Shown in pieces: positions 18,367 to 28,016 of a DNA stretch of 35,286 bases. Within the stretch, counting starts at the first letter, position 1. Each line of letters opens with the position of its first letter. The DNA is from an uncultured Akkermansia sp. GTDB lineage: Bacteria; Verrucomicrobiota; Verrucomicrobiia; Verrucomicrobiales; DEV007. The notes beneath the pieces were generated by a model. The model did not search any database. It saw only the letters and a list, made by a program, of their open reading frames with translations, and was not told the DNA's origin. The DNA is taken from contig CAYLJC010000001.1 in NCBI GenBank assembly GCA_964383345.1, forward strand, positions 5,255 through 40,540. Reading direction: 5' to 3'. The position numbers and the translations under genes are program-made.

Positions 18367-19296
18367 ATGAAAATCCCCCTTCGCCCTCTCCTCCTTCTCA
18401 GTATGCCCCTGCTCCTCGGTGCCTCCGCCCTTCCCGCAGAGGAAAAAACCGTGGTCCAGTCGGTCAATTATCCGCTTCATTACTTCGCGACCCGCCTCGC
18501 GGCGGGGACGGAGTCCTTTGATCTTCACTACCTCGTCGATCCCGAAGGGGACCCGGCTTTCTGGAAACCGGGGGACGCGGCCCTCGTCGCCATGCAAAAG
18601 GCGGATCTCATCCTGCTCAACGGCGCCACCTACGAGAAATGGATGAAGACCGTCTCCCTGTCCTCCTCAAAGCAGCTCGACACGTCGAAGAGTTTTGCGA
18701 AGCGCTACCTCAAGACCGAGGGCAAAGCCCATCGTCACGGGGACGGTTCGGTTCATTCCCACGCCGGGACCGCCTTCACCACCTGGATCGATTTTTCCCA
18801 GGCCGGCGAACAGGCCTCCGCCATCGCCGCTCGCTTCCAAACGCTGCAACCCGGGGCCGCTGAGAAAATCGAGGCGAATCTCGTCGCGCTGAAAGCCGAT
18901 CTCGACGCGCTCGATGCCTCGATGAAGACCTTCGGCGAGACGTGGGGCGACGAACCGCTCGTCGCCTCTCATCCCATCTACCAGTATCTCGCCCGCGCCT
19001 ATGGGCTCAAGATCGAGGCGATCGAGTGGGAACCCGAGATGACCATCAGGGACAAGGACCTCGCCGCTCTCAAGAAAATCCTCACCCGTCATCCGGCGAA
19101 ATGGATGATCTGGGAGGACAGCCCGACCGGGAAAAATATCGCCGCCCTCGATGCCATCGGAGTGAAAAGCGTGGTCTTCTCCCCCTGCGCCAACCGCCCC
19201 GACGAAGGCGATTGGCTCGATGTGATGAAGGCGAACCTGAAAAATCTCGAGGCACTCACGCAATCCGTCGGGTCGTCGCCGGAACCAGGACGCTGA
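18367..19296 (+). CDS. Zn/Mn ABC-type substrate-binding protein (ZnuA/TroA-like)
   Basis: Signal peptide; NYPLHYFA, ADLILLNGATYEKW, His-rich HRHGDGSVHSH, SHPIYQYLARAYGL. Confidence 0.85.
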   Translation: MKIPLRPLLLLSMPLLLGASALPAEEKTVVQSVNYPLHYFATRLAAGTESFDLHYLVDPEGDPAFWKPGDAALVAMQKADLILLNGATYEKWMKTVSLSSSKQLDTSKSFAKRYLKTEGKAHRHGDGSVHSHAGTAFTTWIDFSQAGEQASAIAARFQTLQPGAAEKIEANLVALKADLDALDASMKTFGETWGDEPLVASHPIYQYLARAYGLKIEAIEWEPEMTIRDKDLAALKKILTRHPAKWMIWEDSPTGKNIAALDAIGVKSVVFSPCANRPDEGDWLDVMKANLKNLEALTQSVGSSPEPGR

Positions 19297-19316
19297 CGAC
19301 GGGTCTTTCCCGGTCG

Positions 19317-19772
19317 CTACCCCTTGGTTTTTTCCTGCAAACGGATTTCCCGGACGATCATGTCTTTGTCGATCGCCTTGCACATGTCGTAGATCGTCAG
19401 GGCGGCGACGGAGACGGCGGTGAGAGCTTCCATCTCCACACCGGTCCTGGCGTCGGTGCGGACGGTGGCGCTGATGCGGAGACCGTCCGCCTCCGCCGCG
19501 AAATCGAGCGCGACTTTGGTGAGCGGAAGCGAGTGGCAAAGAGGAATGAGATCGGCGGTTTTTTTGGCCGCCTGGATGCCCGCCACCCGCGCCACCGCGA
19601 GCACGTCGCCTTTGGGGACGTCGCCCTCGGTGATCGCCCGGATTGTGGCCGGTGCCAGGGCGATGAATCCACTGGCAACGGCTTCACGGCGGATGATCGG
19701 TTTGTCCGAGACATCCACCATGGCGGCGGGTCCGTCGGGGCGCAGATGGGTCAGGGCGGGGGAAGGGTCCAT
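19317..19772 (-). CDS. moaC: Cyclic pyranopterin monophosphate synthase
   Basis: [49 protein letters not shown]. Confidence 0.95.
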   Translation of the reverse strand: MDPSPALTHLRPDGPAAMVDVSDKPIIRREAVASGFIALAPATIRAITEGDVPKGDVLAVARVAGIQAAKKTADLIPLCHSLPLTKVALDFAAEADGLRISATVRTDARTGVEMEALTAVSVAALTIYDMCKAIDKDMIVREIRLQEKTKG

Positions 19773-19843
19773 GGAACTACTGTGGCGGGGGAAGACCATC
19801 CCGCAACGGACAAATCGGGATCGCGGCGGACGGCGTCTCCGAC

Positions 19844-20728
19844 TCACTCCCGCAGATCTTCGGCCAGCTTGCGCGCGGCGGCTTCCCACTGCTCGGGCGC
19901 GCTGGTTCCGAAGGCGGTGACCATGCGCCAGGTGCCTTGGAATCCGGCGGGCACGGTGTCGTTGCCGAAGTTTTTCAGATAGTACTTCCGGTAGGTGCCG
20001 GGAACGTTCCAGAGCATCGAGACGGGTTTGGCTGCGCCGGGAGATTCCAGCAGTCGGGAGACTGCGAACTGGCCGCTGCCGGGTTCGTAGACAGCCATCC
20101 AGTCCACGGCCCTGTTGATGTGAAAACCACGTGCATTCTCTTTCCCGTCAGTGAGTTGTCCTGATAATACGGATTCTTGTTCGCCATCGTTTCCAGCGAG
20201 GTAAGCTGAAACCGTCGGGGTCCACGCGTGCATGAAGTGATAGACGAGTTTCAGCGGGGTTTCTTTCCCGGTGGAGAAGGCGGTGGTTTCGTAGAGACGG
20301 TTGTCCTTCACTTCCCAGGTACACCGGAGGGTAAACTCCCGGATTTTGGAGACGCGGTGAAAATGGAAAGTTTCGCCCCGGAGCGATTCGCCGGGTGTTG
20401 TGATCGTTTTTCCATCGAGAGAAAAGCGCAGCGAAGTCAGGACCTCGGGTTCGTTTTCCAAGTGCTGGGTGCCGATGAACCCCACACCGGGGAAGGAAAA
20501 AACGGTGCCGTAGGCGCTGTTCTCGGTGGTCATCGGCACGCCCTGGTAATCGATGCGACCGGGAGTCCACTGCGATTTTTGTCGGAGCAGGAGCGTGACC
20601 TCGCCGCAGGTGACGGTGATACGCGGCAGCTCGGGCCCGAGGTTGGGGCGGAAAGGTTCCGCCGCCGCGAGCGGGGAAAGGGACACCACCAAGGGGATAA
20701 GGAAGAGAAAGAGGAGGGTGCGGGACAT
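19844..20728 (-). CDS. Secreted hypothetical protein (beta-rich)
   Basis: Signal peptide [23 protein letters not shown]; protein-like composition; family not recognised. Confidence 0.75.
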   Translation of the reverse strand: MSRTLLFLFLIPLVVSLSPLAAAEPFRPNLGPELPRITVTCGEVTLLLRQKSQWTPGRIDYQGVPMTTENSAYGTVFSFPGVGFIGTQHLENEPEVLTSLRFSLDGKTITTPGESLRGETFHFHRVSKIREFTLRCTWEVKDNRLYETTAFSTGKETPLKLVYHFMHAWTPTVSAYLAGNDGEQESVLSGQLTDGKENARGFHINRAVDWMAVYEPGSGQFAVSRLLESPGAAKPVSMLWNVPGTYRKYYLKNFGNDTVPAGFQGTWRMVTAFGTSAPEQWEAAARKLAEDLRE

Positions 20729-20828
20729 CACGGCGCAGCAAACGCCGCTTCCCGGTGCCCGTCAGGCTACGGGATCATGCGGGTCCGGTGGAACTCGGGG
20801 TGCTTGACGTACGCCTCCCTTTCAGGCT

Positions 20829-22190
20829 ATGACAGAGGTCATGCAACAAAACGGATCTTTTCCCACCTCCCGTCGTCGCTTCCTCGGCAACACCGTCGGC
20901 GCGGCCGCCTCTCTCACGATTCTCTCGGGTTTTGTCAAGTCCCGGGGGGCGGGGGCCAACGGCAAACTCAACATCGCCTTTGTCGGCGCGGGTGGTCGCG
21001 CCGCCGCCAACATCGGCGGTTGTGCCGCCGCCGGGCAGAATATCCATGCGCTCTGTGACGTGGACAGCGCCCGTGCCGCCGCCTCTTTCAAAAAATACCC
21101 CGAGGCGAAGGTCTACATCGACTGGCGCGAGATGCTGGAAAAGGAAGGCGACAAGATCGATGCGGTGGTGGTCTCGACGCCCGATCACCTCCACGCCGTC
21201 GCGACGATGGCGGCGCTGAAAATGGGCAAACACGTCTATGTCGAGAAACCGCTCACCCTCACCATTTCCGAAGCCCGTGCCCTCCACGAAGCCGCCCGCA
21301 AGGCCGGGGTCTGCACCCAGATGGGGAACACCGGTCACGCCAGCGAAGGGTCGCGGCTGATCAACGAGTATATCCAGTCCGGGGCCATCGGCGAGGTCTC
21401 GCAGGTCTACTGTCGGACGAACCGCCCCGTCTGGCCGCAGGATCTGGTGCGTCCGGCGGAGGAACCGGTGCCGGAGACCTTGGACTGGGATCTCTGGCTC
21501 GGTCCCGCTGCGGAGAAGCCCTACAGCAGCCAGATCGTGCCGTTCAAGTGGCGCGGTTACCGCGACTACGGCACGGGGGCTCTCGGCGACATGGGTGCGC
21601 ACATCATCGACCATCCGGTCTGGGCGCTCGATCTCGGTCTGCCCAGCAAGGTCACGGTGGAAAAAGCCGATCGCGCGGTGCCGGGCGCGGAAAAGGATTC
21701 GCATCCGTCATCCTGTATCATCCACTACGAATTCGCTGCCAAAGACGGGCGGGGCCCGGTGAAGTTGCAGTGGCTCGACGGGCAGTACAAAATCCCGCGT
21801 CCCGCCGGGATGCGGGAGGATCAGCAAGTCCCCGACAACGGTTGTGTGTATCTGGGCAGCAAACATCTCATGATGCACGGCAGCCACGGCGGCACCCCCT
21901 CCATCATCGATCCGAATTTTGAAAAATTCGTCGCCCCGCCCAAAACCTTGGAGCGCTCCCCCGGCCATTACCTCGAGTGGATCGAAGCGATTCAACAGGG
22001 CGACCCCGCGCGTGCGAAGTCGAACTTCGATGTCGCCGTGCCCCTCACCGAGACCCTTCTTCTCGGCACGATCGGTTCCCTCCTCGGTGCCGGGACCGAG
22101 TTGACCTGGGATCCGGAGACGATGCGCACGGGCAACGAAGAGGCGGACAAACTCGTCCAGCACAGCTACCGCGAAGGCTGGTCGCTCTGA
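20829..22190 (+). CDS. Gfo/Idh/MocA family oxidoreductase, Tat-exported
   Basis: SRRRFLG Tat motif; VGAGGRA; STPDHLH; HVYVEKPL; DWDLWLGPA; GDMGAH. Confidence 0.93.
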   Translation: MTEVMQQNGSFPTSRRRFLGNTVGAAASLTILSGFVKSRGAGANGKLNIAFVGAGGRAAANIGGCAAAGQNIHALCDVDSARAAASFKKYPEAKVYIDWREMLEKEGDKIDAVVVSTPDHLHAVATMAALKMGKHVYVEKPLTLTISEARALHEAARKAGVCTQMGNTGHASEGSRLINEYIQSGAIGEVSQVYCRTNRPVWPQDLVRPAEEPVPETLDWDLWLGPAAEKPYSSQIVPFKWRGYRDYGTGALGDMGAHIIDHPVWALDLGLPSKVTVEKADRAVPGAEKDSHPSSCIIHYEFAAKDGRGPVKLQWLDGQYKIPRPAGMREDQQVPDNGCVYLGSKHLMMHGSHGGTPSIIDPNFEKFVAPPKTLERSPGHYLEWIEAIQQGDPARAKSNFDVAVPLTETLLLGTIGSLLGAGTELTWDPETMRTGNEEADKLVQHSYREGWSL

Positions 22191-22208
22191 GCGGGGAAAG
22201 ACGACGGA

Positions 22209-23330
22209 CTATTCGCTGTCGTCGGAGAGCACATCGAGAGTGAATCCTCCGATGTGCGAGCCGTCGGGACCGGGGTAGATCCAGTCGTTGAGGCGCTCCA
22301 TCGTGAAGGTCACGGTGGCTCCGCGATGGAAATTGAGGAGTTCGTGGGGATCGTTCATGAGGATGCCGGTCACCTCGGTGGAGGTGATCTCGAGCACCGT
22401 CACCCACATGTATTCCGACTTCCGGTTTTCGCGGAACTCGGCCTTGGCAATGAAGCGGTCTTTTTCCCCCGATCCCGCGGTGTGGTAGGATGCGACGAAC
22501 TCCGGCCACCGGACGATGGCCTCTCGGACCGCTTCCGCCATCTTCGGGTTGTCGTCCGAGATCTCGATAACCGGATCAAAAGTCGGCTCGTCGAAGAGGC
22601 TCACCGGATCGTCTCCGCAGAGCCGTTCGAGCAGACCGGGATCGAATTCATTGCACCGCTGCAACTCGGGGCAGTAGATCGCGAGGCAGTCCGGCCCGCC
22701 CATCGCGGCGAGGATGCGTCCGATGACCTGGTAGGCTTCGCGGATGCGGGTGCGATCCGTGGTTTCTTCCATGAGATCCACGGAGATCCAGGCGACGTGC
22801 CGCTCGATGGCTTTCCGCAAGCGCTTGTCCCGGATCGCGACGCGGGCGAAGTTCCCGGGATCTTCGATATAGGGTCGGTCCGAGACAAGCACGGTGAAGA
22901 AGCCGGCGGGAATGCTCACCATGAAATGGCGAATCCAGTCCTTCCCGGCACGTCGTTTTTCGGACGGGGAAAAGGGTGTCACAAAAAACTCGGCGTTGAC
23001 TGCTTCGGTAGGAAAGCGGATCCCGAGGGCATTCGAAATACAGTGACGGATACTGTTTTCATCCACTTCGCGGGGGTCGGAGAGAAAAAAGACGAGGGAA
23101 ATGAGAGGGGCGGTTTGGTCGTCCGGCTTTTCCGCGTCAGCGGGGGAGGAATCGAGCCCTTCTCCGGGAGGAGGCAGCAACCAGCGCACCAGTTCGACGG
23201 CGAACCAGAGCAGGGCGAGGAGGAGCGCGGTGATTCCCCAGAGAGTGAGGCCGGTGACCATCAACAGCGCCGTCGGCAAAAGAAGGACGGCGGCGGAAAG
23301 GCAGGGGAATTTCTGGAATCGAAACGACAT
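22209..23330 (-). CDS. Membrane-anchored DUF2314 (YegJ-like) domain protein
   Basis: N-terminal hydrophobic helices; C-terminal MAEAVREA..EYMWV..GILMNDP..DWIY..GGFT pattern. Confidence 0.75.
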   Translation of the reverse strand: MSFRFQKFPCLSAAVLLLPTALLMVTGLTLWGITALLLALLWFAVELVRWLLPPPGEGLDSSPADAEKPDDQTAPLISLVFFLSDPREVDENSIRHCISNALGIRFPTEAVNAEFFVTPFSPSEKRRAGKDWIRHFMVSIPAGFFTVLVSDRPYIEDPGNFARVAIRDKRLRKAIERHVAWISVDLMEETTDRTRIREAYQVIGRILAAMGGPDCLAIYCPELQRCNEFDPGLLERLCGDDPVSLFDEPTFDPVIEISDDNPKMAEAVREAIVRWPEFVASYHTAGSGEKDRFIAKAEFRENRKSEYMWVTVLEITSTEVTGILMNDPHELLNFHRGATVTFTMERLNDWIYPGPDGSHIGGFTLDVLSDDSE

Positions 23331-23582
23331 GAAAAATCACATTCGGTGACGGACGCGGGCCGGTTCGCGCTCTCCCGGTTCAGGGAGAGACGGTGGTGGC
23401 GCGGGGGGCGGGCACGGTCGGCAATCCTTGCGCGGGGTCAATCACGAAACGTTCGCGCGTGGGATCGGAGGGGATGTTTCTGGAGTGTCGACGCGGCATG
23501 TCGCCGGAAGTTTGGCAGTTGGCGGATTCTCTTGCAACTTTTCTTGAGGGACGTGGTTCCCTCCCGTATCAATGTTTTCCGC

Positions 23583-24470
23583 ATGACGACTCGTTTTTCC
23601 TCCCGGATACTCTCTCACTTCGCTCTCGTTCTTTGTCTTCTGCTCGTCGGTCCCGCCGTCTTCGGAGAGGACAAGGATGGGAAGGTGAAAAGCAAACCCG
23701 CCAAGCCGGAGCAACGTTCCCGGGACAAGGGGGCCAGCGCCCGTCTCGAAGCCTGGGAATCCCTCAGTGAAGAGCAGCGGGGGAAATTGAAACAAGCCCT
23801 CCGCGACGCCTGGACCGATCCCGCCGTGATCAGCGCCCGCGAAGAGGTGAAGCAGGCCAGCGACGCCTATCAGGAGGCGATCCAGGCGGCGGTGCACCGG
23901 TCCGATCCGTCTCTCGCCGACGTGATGTCGAAGATCCAGCGGTCCAACAGCGGGATGGCGCACGAGCGCATTTGGGGGCGACCGGGCAGAGAGGGGAGTG
24001 AGGGGCGCAAAGGGATGCCCTCCTCGTCGCGTCGGGGGGAGGCGGACAACGAGGACAAGGATGGTGCGAAACCGCAGCGCGGATTTGGCGGCCAGATCCG
24101 TCCTCCGGGTTACCTCGAGGCCCTGTCGCCGGAGGAGCGGGAGAGTTTCCGCCGCGCCGAAGAAGCCGCCCTGGCCTCCGATGCGGTGCGGACGGCTCGT
24201 TCCGAACTGGAGCAAGTGCGTGAGGAAGGCGAAGCGCTCCGTCACCGGCGCCTGGATGCGCATCGCAAGCTCCGCAAGGCCACCATCGAAGAGATGATCC
24301 GCTTCGATCCCTCCATCGCGGAACTTCGCGAAAAACTCTCGGGAGAGAATCGCGATGCGGGGGCTCCGCGCCGCAAGGCAGGCGGCAAAAAGGACGACCC
24401 GCCGGGACCGGGGAAAAAATCCGCTCCGGATGGGGGTGCGGGGGACGAGGCACCTCCCCGGCCCGAGTAG
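23583..24470 (+). CDS. Secreted alpha-helical hypothetical protein
   Basis: Signal peptide after MTTRFSS; two similar helical modules (LSEEQRGKLKQA.. and LSPEERESFRRA..). The upstream extension in the ORF track is antisense to the DUF2314 gene. Confidence 0.75.
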   Translation: MTTRFSSRILSHFALVLCLLLVGPAVFGEDKDGKVKSKPAKPEQRSRDKGASARLEAWESLSEEQRGKLKQALRDAWTDPAVISAREEVKQASDAYQEAIQAAVHRSDPSLADVMSKIQRSNSGMAHERIWGRPGREGSEGRKGMPSSSRRGEADNEDKDGAKPQRGFGGQIRPPGYLEALSPEERESFRRAEEAALASDAVRTARSELEQVREEGEALRHRRLDAHRKLRKATIEEMIRFDPSIAELREKLSGENRDAGAPRRKAGGKKDDPPGPGKKSAPDGGAGDEAPPRPE

Positions 24471-24480
24471 GCTGCGACTC

Positions 24481-25287
24481 TCAGTCGAGGGAGGCGCGGA
24501 AGGCGGCGAACTCCGCCGGATCCATCTCGATGAGATTCTCCCTGGCGGGAAAGCGGCCCTCTTCCACCTCGGTGATATATTCGCGGAAAGCGGCGATCCT
24601 TTCGTCCTGAAGGCGGCGGTATTCGGCCAGAAAATTCCGATAGGCCTTGGCATGGCGGGGGAGGCGCTCTTCGTATTCGCCGAGGATGTCGTCTGAAAAA
24701 AGAAACTGCGTGTCGCAGCCGCTCCCCGATCCCAGTGACATGAGCAGGAGGGAGGTGTTCGCCGAGAGGTAGCTCGCGAGCTCATGCGGCACGACCTCGA
24801 GTTCGGCGGCGTAGGCCCCGGCGCTCTCGAGTTCCTTCATTTTGGTATAAAGCACCTTCGCCTCGGCGGCGGTCTTGCCGACGGCGCGGTAATTCGTCCA
24901 GGTGACATGGCGCGGGACCAGACCGAGGTGACCTACGACGGGGATGCCCTCGCGGGCCATCGCCTCGATCAGGCGAGGACTCGCCGAGCAATACACCGAG
25001 CTGGCACCGAGTTCGAGGGCGCGGAATCCCACGCGGATCGCTTCCTCGGGTGAGGCCATTCCGTGGGGAGTGGATCCTGAGAGGAAACTGTTCGGCGCGG
25101 CCGCGACGAGGAGGGGGAGCCGCGCCTGCGCTGCGGGGGAGTCGAAGCTGCAACTCATCAGGTCGACCCCGGCTCTCTCGGCGGCACGGGCTTCTTCCGG
25201 CGATTTCACATGGATGTGAGTGAGAACGCGTTGGCCTTTGAGTTGCTGCAGTTCGTAAACGGTGTATTTCTTGCGAGGGCGTAGCAT
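24481..25287 (-). CDS. PanB-like (ketopantoate hydroxymethyltransferase family) protein, divergent
   Basis: GIPVVGHLGLVP, AVGKT, LESAGA..ELEVVP, GSGSGCDTQFL..DILG, EVEEGRFP; N-terminal canonical motifs absent. Confidence 0.8.
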   Translation of the reverse strand: MLRPRKKYTVYELQQLKGQRVLTHIHVKSPEEARAAERAGVDLMSCSFDSPAAQARLPLLVAAAPNSFLSGSTPHGMASPEEAIRVGFRALELGASSVYCSASPRLIEAMAREGIPVVGHLGLVPRHVTWTNYRAVGKTAAEAKVLYTKMKELESAGAYAAELEVVPHELASYLSANTSLLLMSLGSGSGCDTQFLFSDDILGEYEERLPRHAKAYRNFLAEYRRLQDERIAAFREYITEVEEGRFPARENLIEMDPAEFAAFRASLD

Positions 25288-25391
25288 CCACTCAGGCTAT
25301 TTTGAGACGACGGAAACGGCAAGCCCATCTTTTTGATCGACGGAGGGGAGTTTGCTGTCTATGATCGGGAGAAGTCCACCTCCCATTTCCA

Positions 25392-25571
25392 ATGAAGAGT
25401 TTCTCCTTTTTCCTCTTTTTCCTCCTCGTCTCCGGTTCCGCTCTCGTGACGAGCTGCACCACCACTTCGGACGATACCGCTCCGGGTGGGATTTCCGCGT
25501 CGGAAACGGGAATGAACCGCGAGTCGATTTACAATTGGCAGGATCGCACGATGCGGGAACTGGCTTATTAA
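25392..25571 (+). CDS. Small lipoprotein (59 aa), not in ORF track
   Basis: MKSFSFFLFFLLVSGSALVTSC-TTTSDDTAPGGISASETGMNRESIYNWQDRTMRELAY*: basic N-terminus, hydrophobic core, lipobox VTSC. Confidence 0.72.
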   Translation: MKSFSFFLFFLLVSGSALVTSCTTTSDDTAPGGISASETGMNRESIYNWQDRTMRELAY

Positions 25572-25684
25572 CCGCATTCTTTCCCGGAAGAAGCCCCTTT
25601 TTTCAAGAAGCCTGTCAGGCCGCGAATTTTATAAATACTAGACGGTTTGGCTTTCTTAAGTGAAACTCTCCCTGAGTTTCACCC

Positions 25685-26821
25685 ATGTCACCGCAGTTTC
25701 TTTTCGAGTATTTTCTCCCTGCCGTCGGCTTTGCGATGGGAGCCTGCATCGGGTCTTTTCTGAACGTCGTGATCTACCGGATCCCGAACGGTCTCAGTGT
25801 GAATGAACCCAAACGGTCTTTTTGCCCCCACTGCAAAAAGCAAATCCCCGTTTATCTCAACATCCCGTTGGTGACCTGGCTGGTGCTGCGGGGAAAATGC
25901 AAGTGGTGCCGTGCGCCCATCGCCTTCCGCTATTTCCTCGTTGAGCTTCTCACCGCGATCTGCTTCCTCGCGATCTGGCATCACGGGAACCACAGCGTGG
26001 GTGTGCCCGGAGTGGTGGCGCTCTGGGTCATCACCTCCCTCCTGATCGCGGCGACTTTCATCGATATCGATCATTTCATCATCCCCGACTCCATCACCAT
26101 CGGGGGCACCGTCGCGGGATTGCTCGCGAGTTTTGCCGTTCCGGCCCTGCACGGCGAAACGGTTTGGTGGAAAGGCGGGGTCGCGGGTCTCCTCGGCGCG
26201 GCGGCGGGATTCGCGCTGCTCTGGCTCATCGTCCTGATGGGAAAAATGGTCTTCGGCAAGATCAAACACGACTTCGGAGAGCCGACCGATTTTGAAATTT
26301 CGCAACCGGGGGGCGAGGAAGCCGCCATTCTCATCCGTCTCGGCGAGCACCAGTACGAGTGGGGTGACGTCTTTTTCCGGAAGTGGGACAGGCTGGAGAT
26401 GGAGACGGTCGAACTGTATCTCGACGGAGAAAAACGCGAGTTCCGGGAGCGCTTCCGCGTCCTCGCCGACGCCCTGGAAGTGGACGGAGAGCGGGTCGAA
26501 CTCGACACCGTGAAGAAAGTCACCGGAAAGATCACTTCCGCCGTCGTCCCGCGCGAGGCGATGGGGTTCGGCGATGTCAAATTCATGGCCATGATCGGGG
26601 CCTTCCTCGGCTGGGAAGCCGCCATTTTCACCATTTTCGCGGCCTGCGTCATCGGTGCGGTCGTGGGCCTGGTGCAGAAGCTCATCCTCCGGGAGCAGTG
26701 GGGGAGACCGCTGCCCTTCGGTCCCTATCTCGCCCTCGCCGCCTTTCTTTGGATTTTCATCGGGCCGGCGATCTGGTTCTGGTATGCAGGAATCCTTCGC
26801 TCTGCGGGCGGATTCCGGTAA
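25685..26821 (+). CDS. pilD: Prepilin peptidase / N-methyltransferase (A24)
   Basis: GSFLNVVIYRIP, SFCPHC, GKCKWC, FIDIDHFIIPD, MGFGDVK, LPFGPYL. Confidence 0.93.
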   Translation: MSPQFLFEYFLPAVGFAMGACIGSFLNVVIYRIPNGLSVNEPKRSFCPHCKKQIPVYLNIPLVTWLVLRGKCKWCRAPIAFRYFLVELLTAICFLAIWHHGNHSVGVPGVVALWVITSLLIAATFIDIDHFIIPDSITIGGTVAGLLASFAVPALHGETVWWKGGVAGLLGAAAGFALLWLIVLMGKMVFGKIKHDFGEPTDFEISQPGGEEAAILIRLGEHQYEWGDVFFRKWDRLEMETVELYLDGEKREFRERFRVLADALEVDGERVELDTVKKVTGKITSAVVPREAMGFGDVKFMAMIGAFLGWEAAIFTIFAACVIGAVVGLVQKLILREQWGRPLPFGPYLALAAFLWIFIGPAIWFWYAGILRSAGGFR

Positions 26822-26830
26822 AGTGTCGCC

Positions 26831-27994
26831 ATGCTCGTCGAAGGAACCCCGTATCGTACCGTCTGGATCGGAGCCGATGGAGAATCGGTCGGCATCATCG
26901 ATCAGCGCCGCCTGCCGTTCGTCTTTGAAACCCTGAGCCTGCACAGCACCGCCGAGGTGGCTTTTGCGATCCGCGACATGCTCGTGCGCGGGGCCGGTTG
27001 CATCGGCGCGGTCGCCGCTCACGGCATGTTCCTCGCCGCGCGGGAATGCCATCTCGCGGGACTCTCCGGGAGCGCTTTTGACGAGAGGCTCGTCGCTCTC
27101 GCAGCGGAACTCTGTGCGACGCGCCCGACGGCGGTGAATCTCGCCTGGGCGGTGCGGCGTCAACTCGACGAGTTGGCACCCCTCGCCGATCCGTCGCAAA
27201 AAGTCATCGCCGCCCGCGACCTCGCCCGCTGCATCGCGGATGAGGACGCCGATTTTTGCCGCCGCATCGGGGAACACGGCCTGCCTTTGCTGCGGGATAT
27301 TTTTCATCGAAAAGGAGGAAAAACTCCTGTCAATATACTGACACACTGCAATGCGGGATGGCTCGCCTTTGTGGATTACGGATCCGCCACAGCCCCGATC
27401 TATGCGGCCCACGACGCCGGTATCCCGGTGCATGTCTGGGTCGATGAGACTCGTCCGCGCAACCAGGGCGCGCGCCTCACTGCCTGGGAACTGGGTCAGC
27501 ACGGGGTGCCCCACACCGTCATCGTGGACAATGCCGGGGGACACCTCATGCAGCGGGGGCTGGTCGATCTCGTCCTCACCGGGACGGACCGCACCACCTG
27601 GACCGGCGATGTCGCCAACAAAATCGGGACCTACCTCAAGGCGCTCGCGGCGCGGGACAACGGGATTCCCTTTTACGTGGCGCTTCCGTCATCGACCTTT
27701 GACTGGGAAACCGCCGACGGCGTTGCCGACATCCCCATCGAAGAGCGCTCCGGCGCGGAAGTCGGCCGGATCAGCGGTCTCGCGGCGGAAGCGGAGGCAG
27801 GAGGAGGATTTCCCGGCGAAGTCGAGGTGAATCTGGTTGCCAAAGGCAGTCCCGTGGCCAACTATGCCTTCGACGTGACGCCGGCGAGGCTCGTCACCGG
27901 GCTCATCTCCGAACGGGGGGTCTGCGCGGCGTCGGCACCGGGGATAGCGGAATTGTTCCCGGAAATCAGTCCTTCGCGAGAGTCGGCGAGCTGA
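26831..27994 (+). CDS. mtnA: S-methyl-5-thioribose-1-phosphate isomerase
   Basis: IIDQRRLP, MLVRGA, TRPTAVNL, LTHCNAGWLA, DETRPRNQGARLT, GDVANKIGTY, FDVTP. Confidence 0.95.
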   Translation: MLVEGTPYRTVWIGADGESVGIIDQRRLPFVFETLSLHSTAEVAFAIRDMLVRGAGCIGAVAAHGMFLAARECHLAGLSGSAFDERLVALAAELCATRPTAVNLAWAVRRQLDELAPLADPSQKVIAARDLARCIADEDADFCRRIGEHGLPLLRDIFHRKGGKTPVNILTHCNAGWLAFVDYGSATAPIYAAHDAGIPVHVWVDETRPRNQGARLTAWELGQHGVPHTVIVDNAGGHLMQRGLVDLVLTGTDRTTWTGDVANKIGTYLKALAARDNGIPFYVALPSSTFDWETADGVADIPIEERSGAEVGRISGLAAEAEAGGGFPGEVEVNLVAKGSPVANYAFDVTPARLVTGLISERGVCAASAPGIAELFPEISPSRESAS

Positions 27995-28016
27995 GCAACA
28001 GCGTATCCTTTTCCAC

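Noticed and set aside
23518-23537. Sigma54-like TGGC...TTGCA upstream of 23583
   Set aside because: GG-to-GC spacing is 11 nt rather than the required 10.
22254-23582. N-terminal extension making a 738-aa ORF
   Set aside because: Antisense to the DUF2314 gene; the signal peptide begins at 23583.
27295-27350. Short AT-richer patch inside mtnA (similar one near 20130-20210)
   Set aside because: Reading frame and motifs are intact; too short to indicate an insertion.
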